Assembly: GCA_951406725.2 (NCBI GenBank)
Contig: OX597838.1
Span: 24,056,001-24,120,000 of the forward strand
Direction: 5' to 3'
Source: Octopus vulgaris
Lineage: Eukaryota
DNA: 64,000 nt
Shown: piece after piece, positions 38,336-51,129 of the stretch
Layout: each line of letters opens with the position of its first letter
Position numbering within the stretch: the stretch's first letter is position 1
The notes under the pieces: generated by a model
What the model saw: the letters and a program-made list of their open reading frames with translations, nothing else
Database searches by the model: none
Told to the model about the DNA's origin: nothing
Position numbers and translations under genes: made by a program

Positions 38336-39077
38336 CACGGTTTGATTGACGTAAGGAAGGGAGATGACTGACTTGGGGAGGTGTCGGAATGGAAGCAGAA
38401 CCAAGCAACTGCTCACTCTGAAGAGGAGAGCAAAAAGCTTTTGTAGTTGTAATAATGGTAGAAAAGCCAGAGAGAGAGAGAGGAGACACCATGTCTGTGG
38501 GTCAGAGGCTGAAGTTTCTCAGTGAGCATGAAAAGGCCCAGAGGTTACAGGTTCTTCAGCTCTAGTTTGAATCCCAGATGTATGATGCGAAGCTGATTCA
38601 ATTCTGGCAGGATTTCATCTTTGAACGAAGCTGGATAAAATTGAATACTTAATAGAATTATTTTTTATTTATTTCACATTAGAAAGTTCTCCCATTTCAG
38701 ACACTGGCTGCTCTTTTGGTTTCAAATATCCATCCATCCATTTTTGCCACTCACTTTTCCTATGAGTGTTTTTATGGTTAGAGCCCTCAGGCACCTCTGT
38801 CAAGGAGTCCTGTCAGAAGCAACTCTCATTAAACTAGAACTGCTGGATTCCCAAGTATGATCGACTGAGATTATGAGTATTACTAGCTGGCCCCATGCCG
38901 TCAAAAATGATGGCTAATTGTAGTAATTTATATCTACATATAATGATAAATTAAATTAATACACTTGTCAATGTTCACATACGCACACATATATATTCAT
39001 GGCACTCACCCATCTCGCGCATGCCCCTCTCGTACGAGGGTAACCAAAGGTACCGAAACCGGCCCCTGGCCCCCATG

Positions 39078-39478
39078 AAGTGGCTGTGTGGTAAGTAGCT
39101 TGCTTACCGACGACATGGTTCCGGGTTCAGTCCCACTGCATGGCACCTTGGGCAAGTGTCTTCTACTATAGCCTTGGGCCGACCAAAGCCTTGTGAGTGG
39201 ATTTGGTAGATGGAAACTGAAAGAAGCCTGTCGTATATATATGCATATGTATATATATGTGTATGTGTGTGTTTGTGTGTCTGTGTTTGTCCCCCCCCCC
39301 AACATCGCTTGACAACTGATACTGGTGTGTTTACGTCCCTGTAACTTAGCGGTTTGGTAAAAGAGACTGATAGAATAAGTACTAGTCATACAAAGAAGTC
39401 CTGGGGTTGATTTGCTCGACTAAAGGTGGTGCTCCAGCATGGCTGCTGTCAAATGACTGAAACAAGTAAAAGAGAGAG
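39078..39478 (+). mobile_element. SINE family A copy
   Basis: Direct similarity to 59248-59669. Confidence 0.88.
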
Positions 39479-40334
39479 TATGCAGAGTTGAAACTCTGTT
39501 TGATTTTTTTCACTGTAGCACTTCCATCATTCCACTACGAAATTTGCCATCACCTCTTCCTTCCTTATTCATCTATCACCCCTTCCTTTCTCTTTCATAT
39601 GTGATGGAGAATTACAGAAGAATATTATTATAGTAGATTATCCACGGTTTCAATTACCTTAATTGAAAACACATGGCATCTTTGGCAAGTGTTTTCTGCT
39701 TAGTTCTGGGTCAACAGGAGCCTTGTGAGTGGATTCGGTAGATGAAAACTGATAGAAACTCTTCATATATGTGTGTGTGTGTGTTAGAGTCTCGTTGTCT
39801 TCATATCGTGTGATGGTTGTAAACAAGCATCACAGTTGTACAAGCAGTGTCGCTCATTTCTAATCTCCCATGGAAGCATATCCAGCCTCGGGAATATTGC
39901 TTTACTTGGAAAAAAAAGTGTTAGTAGGTGACAGGAAAAGCACCCAGCTATAGAAAATCTGACCCATGCTTGCATGGAAAAGTGGACATTAAGATAGTGC
40001 TGACAATAATGATGAACTGCAAAATTACAAGTACAATTACAGAAAGTCTGTCTGTCTGTCAGTCTCTCTCTCTCTCTCTCGATATAGCTATCATTGTAAT
40101 ACATGTACGTACATAAGGTGGCAAGCTACGGAATCATTAGCACGCCAGGCAAAATGCTTGGCAGCATTTTGTCCGTCTTCGTATTTTGAGTTCAAATTCT
40201 ACTGAAGTTGACTTTGCCTTTCATCCTTTCAGGGTCGGTAAAATAAGTACCAGTTGAATACTGGTGTCGATGTAATTGACTTACCACTCTCCACTGAACT
40301 TGCTGGCCTTGTGCCAAAATTTGCGGCCAATATA

Positions 40335-40731
40335 TATTCTTTTATTCTTTTACTTGTTTCAGTCATTTGACTGTGGTCATGCTGGAGCACCGCCTTTAGT
40401 CAAACAAATCAACACCAGAACTTATTCTTTATAAGCATAGTACTTATTCTATCGATCTCTTTTACCAAACTGCTAAGTTACAGGGACATAAACACACCAA
40501 CATCGGTTGTCAAGCAATGCTAGGGCAACAGACACAGACACATTTATACATACATATATATATATACAATGGGCTTCTTTCAGTTTCTGTCTTCCAAATC
40601 CACCTACAAGGCTTTGGTCAGCCCAAAGGCTATAGTAAAAGACATTTGCCTAAGGTGCCACACAGTGGGACTGAACCCAGAACCATGTGGTTGGTAAGCA
40701 AGCTACTTACCACACAGCCACTCCTATGCCT
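40335..40731 (-). mobile_element. SINE family A copy
   Basis: Reverse complement of 59248-59669. Confidence 0.88.
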
Positions 40732-41308
40732 ATATATGTATATGTATGGATGTGTATGTATGTATGTATGTTTGCATGTATATTGTCAATGAGAGGGGGC
40801 TCCAAGAATCCAGGTTGATTACTTCTGGTCGCACTATTGCAAGAATGCCAGCTATCAGAATGTATAGGATGGAAAATTTCTTAAGTAGTAATATTCATCT
40901 CACACAAACTGAAAATCCAGAAGATTATCTCCTGTCATACAAAACATGTGATACCAACAACTCCATTCTTTGCTTATTCTATATATCTATCATCATCATC
41001 ATTTAGCGTCCGCTTTCCATGCTAGCATAGGTTGGATGGTTCAACTGGGGTCTGTGAAGCCAGAAGGCTGCATCAGACCCAGTCTGATCTGGCAGTGTTT
41101 CTACGGCTGGATGCCCTTCCTAAAGCCAACCACTCCGTGAGTGTAGTGGGTGCTTTATATATATATATATATATATATAAGTTCAGCAACAATTTAGATT
41201 TAAATGAATATGGTACTTAATTTAGATGCACCAGAATTTTGTATGGTGTTATCCATAAAAATTTTCGGGGTGATTATAATAAAAAATAAGCAACAAGAAT
41301 GACTCCGG

Positions 41309-41401
41309 TAATTCGCTACAATTGTTTCGCACTACATCATTTTATTAAAAGTTGTAAGTATTACAGCAGATTTAAGATGCTGAGTGCTCATCAGACAATT
41401 A
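41309..41401 (-). ncRNA. Type-I hammerhead ribozyme motif, intact core
   Basis: Minus strand: UAAUUGU-CUGAUGA-GCACU(CA)GCAUC...GAUGU-AGUGC-GAAA-CAAUUG-UA-GCGAAUUA. Stem I with one bulge, 10-bp stem II, palindromic stem III, GUA cleavage triplet. Confidence 0.8.
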
Positions 41402-41588
41402 TATAGGTTTTCCATTAATACAAAAGCTTTCAAATCAAGTAGTAACATTATAGAGAAGGCAGATATACAGATAAAGATGTAGATTTAAATTTTAAGAACA
41501 TATGAGGTTGTGAAGTCCAACCTCTGACTGACCAAGCTATGGCTGTATCTAACTGCTATAAGATTAGAAGTAGTAAAGATTTTTTAGT

Positions 41589-41627
<39 letters not shown>

Positions 41628-41800
41628 GACGGTGCCCCAGCATGGCCACAGCTCGTGAGCTGAAACTAGATAAAATATTTAAAAAAAAAAAATATTGTGT
41701 ATATATAATTTATTGTTCCATTAGATGTAGGATCTATAAAAAAATGTACTCCATCCAGTCAGAGATGAATATTGTTTAATGTACACTGTATTTTAAGTAA

Positions 41801-41888
41801 GAACTGCTAACAGTTTCATGCCATGGAAACACAATAACCTGGCAGATTTATAAAACATGCTTTGTTTTCCAAGCAATTTTTCAGGTTC
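41801..41888 (-). ncRNA. Degenerate hammerhead motif (two core mutations)
   Basis: GAAC-CUGAAAA-AUUGCUUGGAAAACAA...UUGUGUUUCCAUGGCAU-GAAA-CUGUUAG-CA-GUUC. Confidence 0.5.
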
Positions 41889-42435
41889 AGTGCACTTGGT
41901 TAGATATACACACACACACATATATATATAGAGATAGATATATGTATATATATATCACTTAGCTTAATGGTAAAGAGCACTATGTATGGATATACTCACA
42001 CACACACCCTTATACACACATTCATGCACATAGGCACAGGAGTGGCTGTGTGGTAAGTGGCTTGCTTACCAACCACATGGTTCCGGATTCTGTTCCACTG
42101 TGTAGCATCTTGGCCAAGTGTCTTCAATTTTAGCCTCGGGCTGACCAAAGCCTTGTGAGTGGATTTGGTAGGCGGAAACTGAAAGAAGCACGTCATATAT
42201 ATATATATATGTGTGTGTGTCTGTGTTTGTCCCCCCTCACCATTGCTTGACAACCGATGCTGCTGTGTTTACGTCTCCATAACTTAGCGGTTCAGCAAAA
42301 GTGACCAATAGAATCAGTGCTAGGCTTACAAAGAATAAGTCCTGCAGTCGATTTGTTTGTATAAAGGCAGTGCTCCAGCATGGCCACAGTCAAATAACTG
42401 AAACCAAAAAATGAATAAAACAATATATATATATA

Positions 42436-42482
<47 letters not shown>

Positions 42483-43699
42483 TCACAAACACATATATAC
42501 ACCATATATATATATAGATATATATATGCATATGCATCTACATTTATTTTATTTTTATATATATATACATATATATATATTTGCATGTATATCTGTTTGT
42601 GTGCACTCACACACTCACACACACACACACAGACACACACACTCATACTCATACATACACGCATATAAAAAGCTTCAACTACCAATAAAGAGCACATGCA
42701 TTGCCACATGCATTGCCACATGCATCGATTCCTGTTTCCCTCTGTAAACACAAACATTCACCAATCTGTCTCCCCGTTTATACACTTGCACACACACACA
42801 CACGCACGCGCGCACACATGTACACACGTGCATGCATATTTACACACACACACACACACACACACATATGTAAACGTGTGTGTGTGGGGGTGGAGGAGAC
42901 ATCGTGCTGTTTTATTTGCAAAATATTTATTTACATGCCAGTCAATTTTAATTGCAAATAAATCTGTACACATCAGGAGGAAATTTTTCAAATCGAATCA
43001 AATCCGTTTCCAGCAAACTAGTAAGAACAACAACAACAACAACAGCATCAACAACGACAACGACAACAACAAGATCAGGCTCCACCACATGCTACCACCA
43101 TTTCTCTCCGTTCCGTTTCGTTCTGTTCCGCGCTCTCTCTTCCATCAAAATAGTTCCTATAGCCCTCCTCTGGTGACCTAAAGCCTGGATTATTTTACAT
43201 CAGTCTTAACTCTCTGTTCACCTGTTGTGGTTGTTATTGTTGTGGTTGTGGTTTTTTTTTTTTTTTTTGCTGTTGTAGCTGTAGTTCTTGTTGTTGTTGC
43301 TGTTGTTATTGCTGCTGTTGTTGTTGTTGCTGCTGCTGTTGATGTTGTTGTCATGAGCAAAATCAATAAAAGTGTTAAAGCTAGGATGTTGAAGTGGAAC
43401 CAACCTGGTTTCTGCATTTGCTGCTTGCCAGAATGTCTGTGTTGTTTTTATACCTACTCTTCCCCCACCCCACCACCACCACCACCACTACCACCACATG
43501 CTCCCCCCCCCGACTCCTCTATCTCCCCTCTCTCTCTCTCTCTCTCTCTCAGGCTCATTCATACATGCTGCTACTACTACTACTACTACTACTACTACTG
43601 CTGCTTGTACTGTTGTTACTAACTAACGAACTATTATTGCTGCTGTTCATCGTTGTTGCCCTCATTGTTACCAACACCACTATCCTTCCTCTTGTACCA

Positions 43700-44160
43700 T
43701 CAATATCACTGTCATCATCACCATCATCACCATCATCATCACCATCATCATCATCAACATTATCTTCATCATCATTATAAACACCATCACCACCACTGCC
43801 GCTGCCACCATTATCATCATTGTTATCATGGTCATCATCATCATCATCACCCATCTCCTCCTCATCACCATCATCATCCATCTCCTCTTCTTCCTCCTCC
43901 TCCTCATCATCATCATCATCCTCTTTCTCTTCCTCCTCCTCCTCCTCCTCCTCATCATCATCATCATCCTCTTTCTCTTCCTCCTCCTCCTCCTCATCAT
44001 CATCATCATCCTCTTTCTCTTCCTCCTCCTCCTCCTCATCATCATCATCATCACCCTCTTTCTCTTCCTCCTCCTCCTCCATCTCCTCACCATCCTCATC
44101 AACAACAACAACAACCAAAACAGCAACAGCACCAGCAACATCAGCAGCAGCAGCACATTG
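43700..44160. repeat. Compound trinucleotide tract (CAT/CAC/CCT/CAA) with higher-order unit (CCT)n(CAT)nCCTCTTTCTCTT
   Basis: Four iterations of the higher-order unit at about 43880-44080. Confidence 0.9.
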
Positions 44161-44840
44161 TTTTGCATAGTGTGTTTGTTTGTTTGTTTACATATGCACG
44201 TTTGTTTGTTTGTTTGTTTATGTTTGTATTATGCAGTACAGAACATTTTTCGGAAAAATTCACGGTTCAGTAAAAAAAAAACAAAAAAAAAACAGATTAA
44301 AAACAAAAAAGCAAAAACAGAAACAAAAAAAAGCAAAGCACAAAAGCAAAAAAAGACACCCAAATCAAAACAATAAACTGTAGCGTTTGATTTAATTTTT
44401 ATTATTTTTTAAAGATTTTATTTATTTTATTTGATGCCAAAACAAAATACCTTTAGCCATTTTTAGAGATTATTACAAATTTCGTTGCTGAGTTTATATA
44501 TTTTCTGTGAAAAAACATCTCTAATTATTGGCAAGTGCAAAGCTTTCAGAGTAATAACTATTATTTTGTATTATATTACATTATATTACATCATTTTGAT
44601 TTCAAATTTTGGCACAAGGCCAGCAATTTCAGGGGAGGGTGTAAGTTGATTATAACAACCCAAGTGCTCAACTGGTACTTATTTTATCAACCCTAAAAGG
44701 ATGAAAGGCAAAATTAACCTCGGCAGAATTTGAACTCAGAACGTAAAGACAGATGAAATGCTGCTAAGCGTTTTGCCAAGAGTTCTTACAATTTTATCAG
44801 CTTGCCACCTTATTCTGTTGTATTATATATTGATGCCCAT

Positions 44841-44975
44841 GGGCATATGGCGTAGTGGTTAAGAGCACAGGCTACTAACCCCAAGATTCTGAGTTCGATT
44901 CCAGGCAGTGACCTGAATAATAATACGAAAAATACCTTAGGAATGAGAACCTAAGTTTGAAATTTCCCCAAGACA
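44841..44975 (+). mobile_element. Truncated tRNA-derived SINE head (different family)
   Basis: A box TGGCGTAGTGG and B box GTTCGATTCC, but no closing acceptor stem; truncated by a family A SINE. Confidence 0.6.
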
Positions 44976-45166
44976 TATGCGTAGGAGTGGCTGTGTGATA
45001 AGTAGCTTGCTTACAAACCACATGGTTCCGGGTTCAGTCACATTGCATGGCATCTTGGGCAAGTGTCTTCTACTATAGCTTCAGGCCGACCAAAGCTTTG
45101 TGAGTGGATTTGGTAGACGGAAACTGAAAGATACCTATTGTATATATGTGTGTGTATATATATATA

Positions 45167-45210
<44 letters not shown>

Positions 45211-45216
45211 TAAATG

Positions 45217-45247
<31 letters not shown>

Positions 45248-45984
45248 TTTGTGTGTCTGTGATTGTCCGCTCCACCATTGCTTGACAACTGATGCTGGTG
45301 TGTTTACGTCCCCGTAACATAGCAGTTCGGCTAAAGAGACCGATAGAATAAGTACTAGGCTTAAGAAATATGCACTGACATTGATACCCCAGTAGTCAAC
45401 TGGTAGTTATTTTATCAACCCTAAAAGGATGAAAGGCAAAGTTGACCTCAGCAGAGTTTGAACTCAGAACATAAAGACAGATGAAATGCCACTAAGCATT
45501 TTGCCCAGTGGGCTAACAATTCTATGAACTCCCTGCCTCATTATACCATATTGGTTTCGAATTTTGACACAAGGCCAGCAATTTCAATGACGGAAGGTGT
45601 TAAGTCCATTATAACAACCCCAGTGTTCAACTGGTACTTATATTTCATAGACCCCCGAAAGGATGAAATGCAAAGTTGACCTCGGTGGAATTTGAACTCA
45701 GAGCATAGCGGTAAATGAAATGCCGCCAAGCATTTTGCCTGGCGTTCTAATGATTCTGACAGCTTGCTGCCTGATTGCATTATATCATATTATGTTGTTT
45801 TATGTTTCGTGCGTTTTTTTTTTCGATTATTATTATTTTTTTCTGTTTCATTTGATTTATTTATTTATTTTCTTGATCTTCATTTGATTTACTGCAATTC
45901 CGATTCTGATTCCATTTGATTTGTTTTGTATTTTTATTTATTTATTTATTTATTTATTTTTTCGAAGTCGATTATATTGTAAAG

Positions 45985-46016
<32 letters not shown>

Positions 46017-46376
46017 GCCTGTCAGCTTTATGTACTACTCTAGTTAATCAAGGGAGTGGTGGTAGTAGTGGAGGTGATGGTGGTGGTGGTGGTGGTGGTG
46101 GTAGTGGTGGTGGTGGTAGTAGTGGAGGTGGCGGTGGTGGTGGTGGTGGTGGTGGTGGTTTTGGTGGTGGTGAGGATGATACGGACGATGGGTATTGGAT
46201 TGCGGCCAAGCTGTGGCCACCACCTTGAAGGATTTTAGTCGAACAGATCAATGTCAGTGCATGTTTCTTAAGCCTGGTACTTACTCTATCCATCTCCTTT
46301 TGCTGAACTGTTAGGTTTACAGGCATGTAAACAAACACCAGTTGTCAAGCAATGTGTGTGTTTTGGCAGGAACAAT

Positions 46377-46422
<46 letters not shown>

Positions 46423-47132
46423 TACATACATATAAATAACACATAGACAAAGTAAAAAAAAAACAAAGTGTATTAGGTTTCTGCTCAGGACAAATTAAAA
46501 GAAGTCATTTATATTTTGAGCAGATGCCCTTCTACAGGATGAATAGACAATGGATGGGATTCCACACGGTTTCCATCATGCACATTCACTTGCAATGCAT
46601 TGGTTCACCTAGGGGGCTATGGTAGAAGATACTTGCTAAAGGTGCTGTTAAGTGGAATTGAAACCAGAACCACGTGGTTTGAAAGTAAGCTTCTTAAACA
46701 CACACCCAGGTAAATAGATGAATAGAATACACCACAGCTACATTGTTGTTGTTGTTGTTGATGTTGATTTTATTTTGGTAAAAATCAAGTAGTGGTAATA
46801 TGGAAGCATGCCCTGTTTACAGCTCATCGGTGCATCCACCGGTTGTTGGTGGTACCCTACTACTCCTGGCAGATGACACTTTTGCATTACTCGGGCGACA
46901 ACCCTCAAACCCATGGGTCTGTTTGGGTTGTCATTGCTGGTGAGGTTTTTATAAGGCTGGAATGCAATACCCCTTCTGGAAGAAAGGGTGTCGTCCGCGA
47001 CCGTCACAGACTCTCCAAGGCTGGTGACCTCAGTGCTATCAACGTTCCGTTTCGAGTGTTGTAGGCCAACACCTGCAGGAGGGAAATGAGCAGAGAGAAA
47101 GTTCCAGAGAGAAAATGTGCTGGGGAAACAGT

Positions 47133-47167
<35 letters not shown>

Positions 47168-47414
47168 TAATATGAGGGCATGCGCTGTAACAGTGTGTCA
47201 CTGCATCCACCATTTGTTGTTGATCCCTACTATCCCTGGCTGATAACGCCTTTTCGCCACTCAGGCAACAACCCTTCAACCCATAGGTCTGTTTTGAGTA
47301 GTCGTTGCTTGTGAGGGTTTTACAAGGTCAGTGTTCAAATCCTACCTCAGCCTCTTTTGGTCGCCTTTTACAAGATGCAGAGGAAATGTTGGGTTTATTC
47401 TTTGACATGCTGGT

Positions 47415-47649
47415 GCCATGCATACCAGCCTCCCTTCTCCATGCCGCAAACGTTGTCCAAGGGAAAGGCAAAGGCCAATGCAGCTTGGCACCAGTGATGT
47501 CACAACTCTTTTCTACAGCTGAGTGAACTGGAGCAGCATAAGATAAAGTGTCTTGCTCAAGAACACAACACACAATCCATCCAGGAATCGAACTTAAAAC
47601 CTTACAGTTGTAAGCCCAATCCTCTAACTACGGAGCCATGCACCTTCAC
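47415..47649 (-). mobile_element. SINE family C, partial (another partial copy at about 50492-50642, minus)
   Basis: Reverse complement of the family C 5' half. Confidence 0.8.
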
Positions 47650-48066
47650 ATATGTATGACTAGCATAATTTATAATATTCTATTTCATCTGCTTGCCGTG
47701 CTGGCTTGGGGTTGATGGGCCATCGTGGTCTGAATCCTCTGTTATTGGGAGCCACTGCTCTCATAGACTGCTACCCTTACAGGTCATTTGTTCCAATTTC
47801 TGATAAAATGTCCTTCCTATCTTCACCCGCATTACAGAGTGCACTTGGTGCATTTTCTCCTGGCATCATCAGTAGAGATGTTGAACGGTCCTCGAGAAGA
47901 TGAGGGTTAGTTATATTTAAATTATATACAAAACAGATGTTAGTTCTAGGCCCCCAGGGACTATATAGCATCACTTTAATTCATTTTCTTCTTCTCTGCA
48001 AAGCCAAAAAGTATTTCATATGCTAACAATTATTGACATCTACAAAGCTTGGGTGAAGCTCATAAT

Positions 48067-48108
<42 letters not shown>

Positions 48109-48260
48109 CCTGCTGTAGAAACTCTGCCAGATCAAGATTGGAGCCTTGTGCAGCCATCTGGTTTGTCAGCCCTCAGTCAAAATCATCCAACCCATGCCAG
48201 CATGGAAATCGGACGTTAAACGCTGATGATGATGATGAGGATACATACATACATATGTAC

Positions 48261-48294
<34 letters not shown>

Positions 48295-48305
48295 GTATAT
48301 GTATG

Positions 48306-48341
<36 letters not shown>

Positions 48342-48349
48342 TGCGTACC

Positions 48350-48810
48350 TTTTCCTTCTTTGGACACTAAACTCTGCTAGCGAAGACCTGTTGAGGCAAG
48401 TGAAATCGAAATCAAAATCCAAGTGAAATTTGATGACGGGCACGAGCACCATACAAGCGTGATCGGTGACAGAGCGACTAACTGGCTTCCGTGCCGGTGG
48501 CATGTAAAAGGGCACCATTCGAGCGGGATCGTTACCAGCATCGCCTTACTGGCACCTGTGCCGTTGGCATGTGTAAAAAATTCAAGCGAGGTTGTTGCCA
48601 GTACCGCCTGACTGGCCCCCGTGCCGGTGGCACGTAAAAGCACCCACTACACTCTCGGAGTGGTTGGCATTAGGAAGGGCATCCAGCTGTAGAAACACTG
48701 CCAGATCAAGACTGGAGCCTGGTGCAGCCATCTGGTTCGCCAGCCCACAGTCAAATCGTCCAACCCATGCTAGCATGGAAAGCGGACGTTAAATGATGAT
48801 GCTGATGATA
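48350..48810 (+). mobile_element. RTE-derived 3' UTR element with (GAT)n tail (another copy at about 24945-25405, minus; many shorter copies)
   Basis: Shared motif GCACCCACTACACTCTCGGAGTGGTTGGC..AGGAAGGGCATCCAGCTGTAGAAAC..GCATGGAAAGCGGACGTTAAA(TGA)n. Confidence 0.75.
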
Positions 48811-49662
48811 CAATTTTGAAAAGATAATTGAAAGCACTCACACACACTAGAAAGAAACTTCCTCCAAAAAGATTAGTGATTCTCTGATAAAGAATTTACA
48901 ACTTTTTGTTTTTTTAATAATTTTTTTAAAGAAATCTTTTTTATACTTGGTAAAACTGTATCAAATAATTTTAACAAAAGCTGTTAAATATATATATACA
49001 TATATATATTTATATTTATATACATACACACATGCGCACTCAAATATGCACACACATGTACATTTTGTGTATGCTTGTATATACTAGGATCGCTTCCATT
49101 AACTATATATTCTTCACAGCCAGCGTCATTATCCTGGTGGTACCTAGTCATAAGGAATCAATACCAACCAACAATATTATACATCTTTCGTCTTCCATAT
49201 ATTTTATTCTTTTTCCCTTTGAGATTTTTCATCTGGTTCGCAAAAAAAAAAAGAATATATATATTTCACTTTGAAGTATTTCGCACCTTGCTGTTAAAAA
49301 CACATCTGTAATTTAGGAGATAAAATGAATAGAATAAGCAAAATAAAAACTAATCTACTTTAGTGAAGCAGCCTACTTTTATTACCATGTTTTACCTGGT
49401 TCTGTTTTCTGTTGGTGTGTAGATATGGTATTTTTACCAATGTTTTTCCCATTCAGGAAGCGATTTTAAAATTTGGGTTAATGATAAACATATAAGCCAG
49501 CCCGATATAGAGAGAGATTCTGCAGTTTATCTATAATTCTCTTTGAACATATGTGTGTATGTGTCTGTGTGTTTGTGTAATTCTCTGTGTATGTATACAT
49601 ATATGTATGTATCTATCTATCTATCTATCTGTGTGTACTATAACTCTGTTTGAACACGTGTA

Positions 49663-49698
<36 letters not shown>

Positions 49699-49794
49699 TC
49701 TCTGTGTTTGTATACATGTATGTATGTGTGTATTTATGTATGCATGTATCCATCTATATATATGTTCACTATAATTCTATTTGAACATGTGTGC

Positions 49795-49859
<65 letters not shown>

Positions 49860-49903
49860 CATACATACATACATACATACATACATACATCTGTGTGTGT
49901 GTA

Positions 49904-49941
<38 letters not shown>

Positions 49942-49981
49942 CATACATACATACATACATACATCTGTGTGTGTGTATGTA

Positions 49982-50024
<43 letters not shown>

Positions 50025-51129
50025 TGTAATATATATTATACACACACACATACACCAATACATGTATCTCTAAATATGAAATTGTTAATTCTTACATGAA
50101 GTCAGAATACGTAGCCATTCAGATTATGCTTTGTTGAATACAGCTCAATACATTAAGCTGTTCCCATCATGCCCTCTTCCTAACATGCCTTACAGAGCAA
50201 CATGGCTGCACACGATGAGTCGACCTCTACATGGTTGCTCAATGTCCTAGAAATAGCAGCCAAATCTTACCCGAAGTTATATCCTTAACCCTCTTGATGC
50301 CAACCCACCTGAGACTGCTCCTTAGTCATATAATGTAAACTTCCTGTTTTAGCATGATCTAAATTAAAATTTCATGTTTATTTATGTTCCAAACACCACT
50401 TTATTAATACTCTATCACTTGTTTCAGTCATTTGACTGTGGCCATGCTGGAGCACTGCCTTTAGTCGAACAAATTGACCCCCCAAGACTTTGGGATTGCA
50501 CCTAGAAAGTTCCCCTCCAAGGCACAAGTCCGGGCAAGGTTGTTTATGGAAGACCAGCAGTCATCCATGCATAGCAGCCTCCACTCTCCATGCCACCAAT
50601 GTTGTCTGAGAGAAAGGTAAAGGCCAGTACAGCTTGGCATCAGTTTCTGTCCACCAAATTCATTCATAAAGTGTTGGTCAGTCCAAGGCGAAGGCTTTAG
50701 TAGAAGACACTTTTCCTAAGTCTCACAATGTGGGACTGAACCAGGAACTTCATGGCTGCAAACTGAACTTCTTAACTGCACAGCCATGCCTGCACCTTTT
50801 CGTATTTCCATATTTTATGAGGATGCACTGGGCATTGCTCTTCAAAGGCCACTTTGACTAGAAAAAGAAAAAGAAAAGAATAAAGAAAAGCATTTTATAT
50901 ACAACAACAACGATGATGATGACAGTAGAATCCTCACACCTGGAAGAACCCAGATTTTTGTCTTAATGCTAACGAAACAAACAAACAAATGTGAATCCAG
51001 TTCTTTCATCTCGTATTCAAAACATTCTTTCATCAAAGCTACTGTTCAGCATTTAGTCTCTTGGGGAGTTTTTTTTAATCATTTAGTCACAGGTAAATGG
51101 GCTATGCCTGTATCACCCTGAGACTGGTG

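Noticed and set aside
43555-44376. Long ORFs (poly-E/D, poly-H/P, poly-S, poly-I/L)
   Set aside because: Several frames are open only because the DNA is compound trinucleotide repeat; no splice or domain support.
47700-47905. Possible LINE 3' fragment or exon on the minus strand (also 3930-4140)
   Set aside because: GC-richer than the flanks, but no motif I can name and interrupted by stops.
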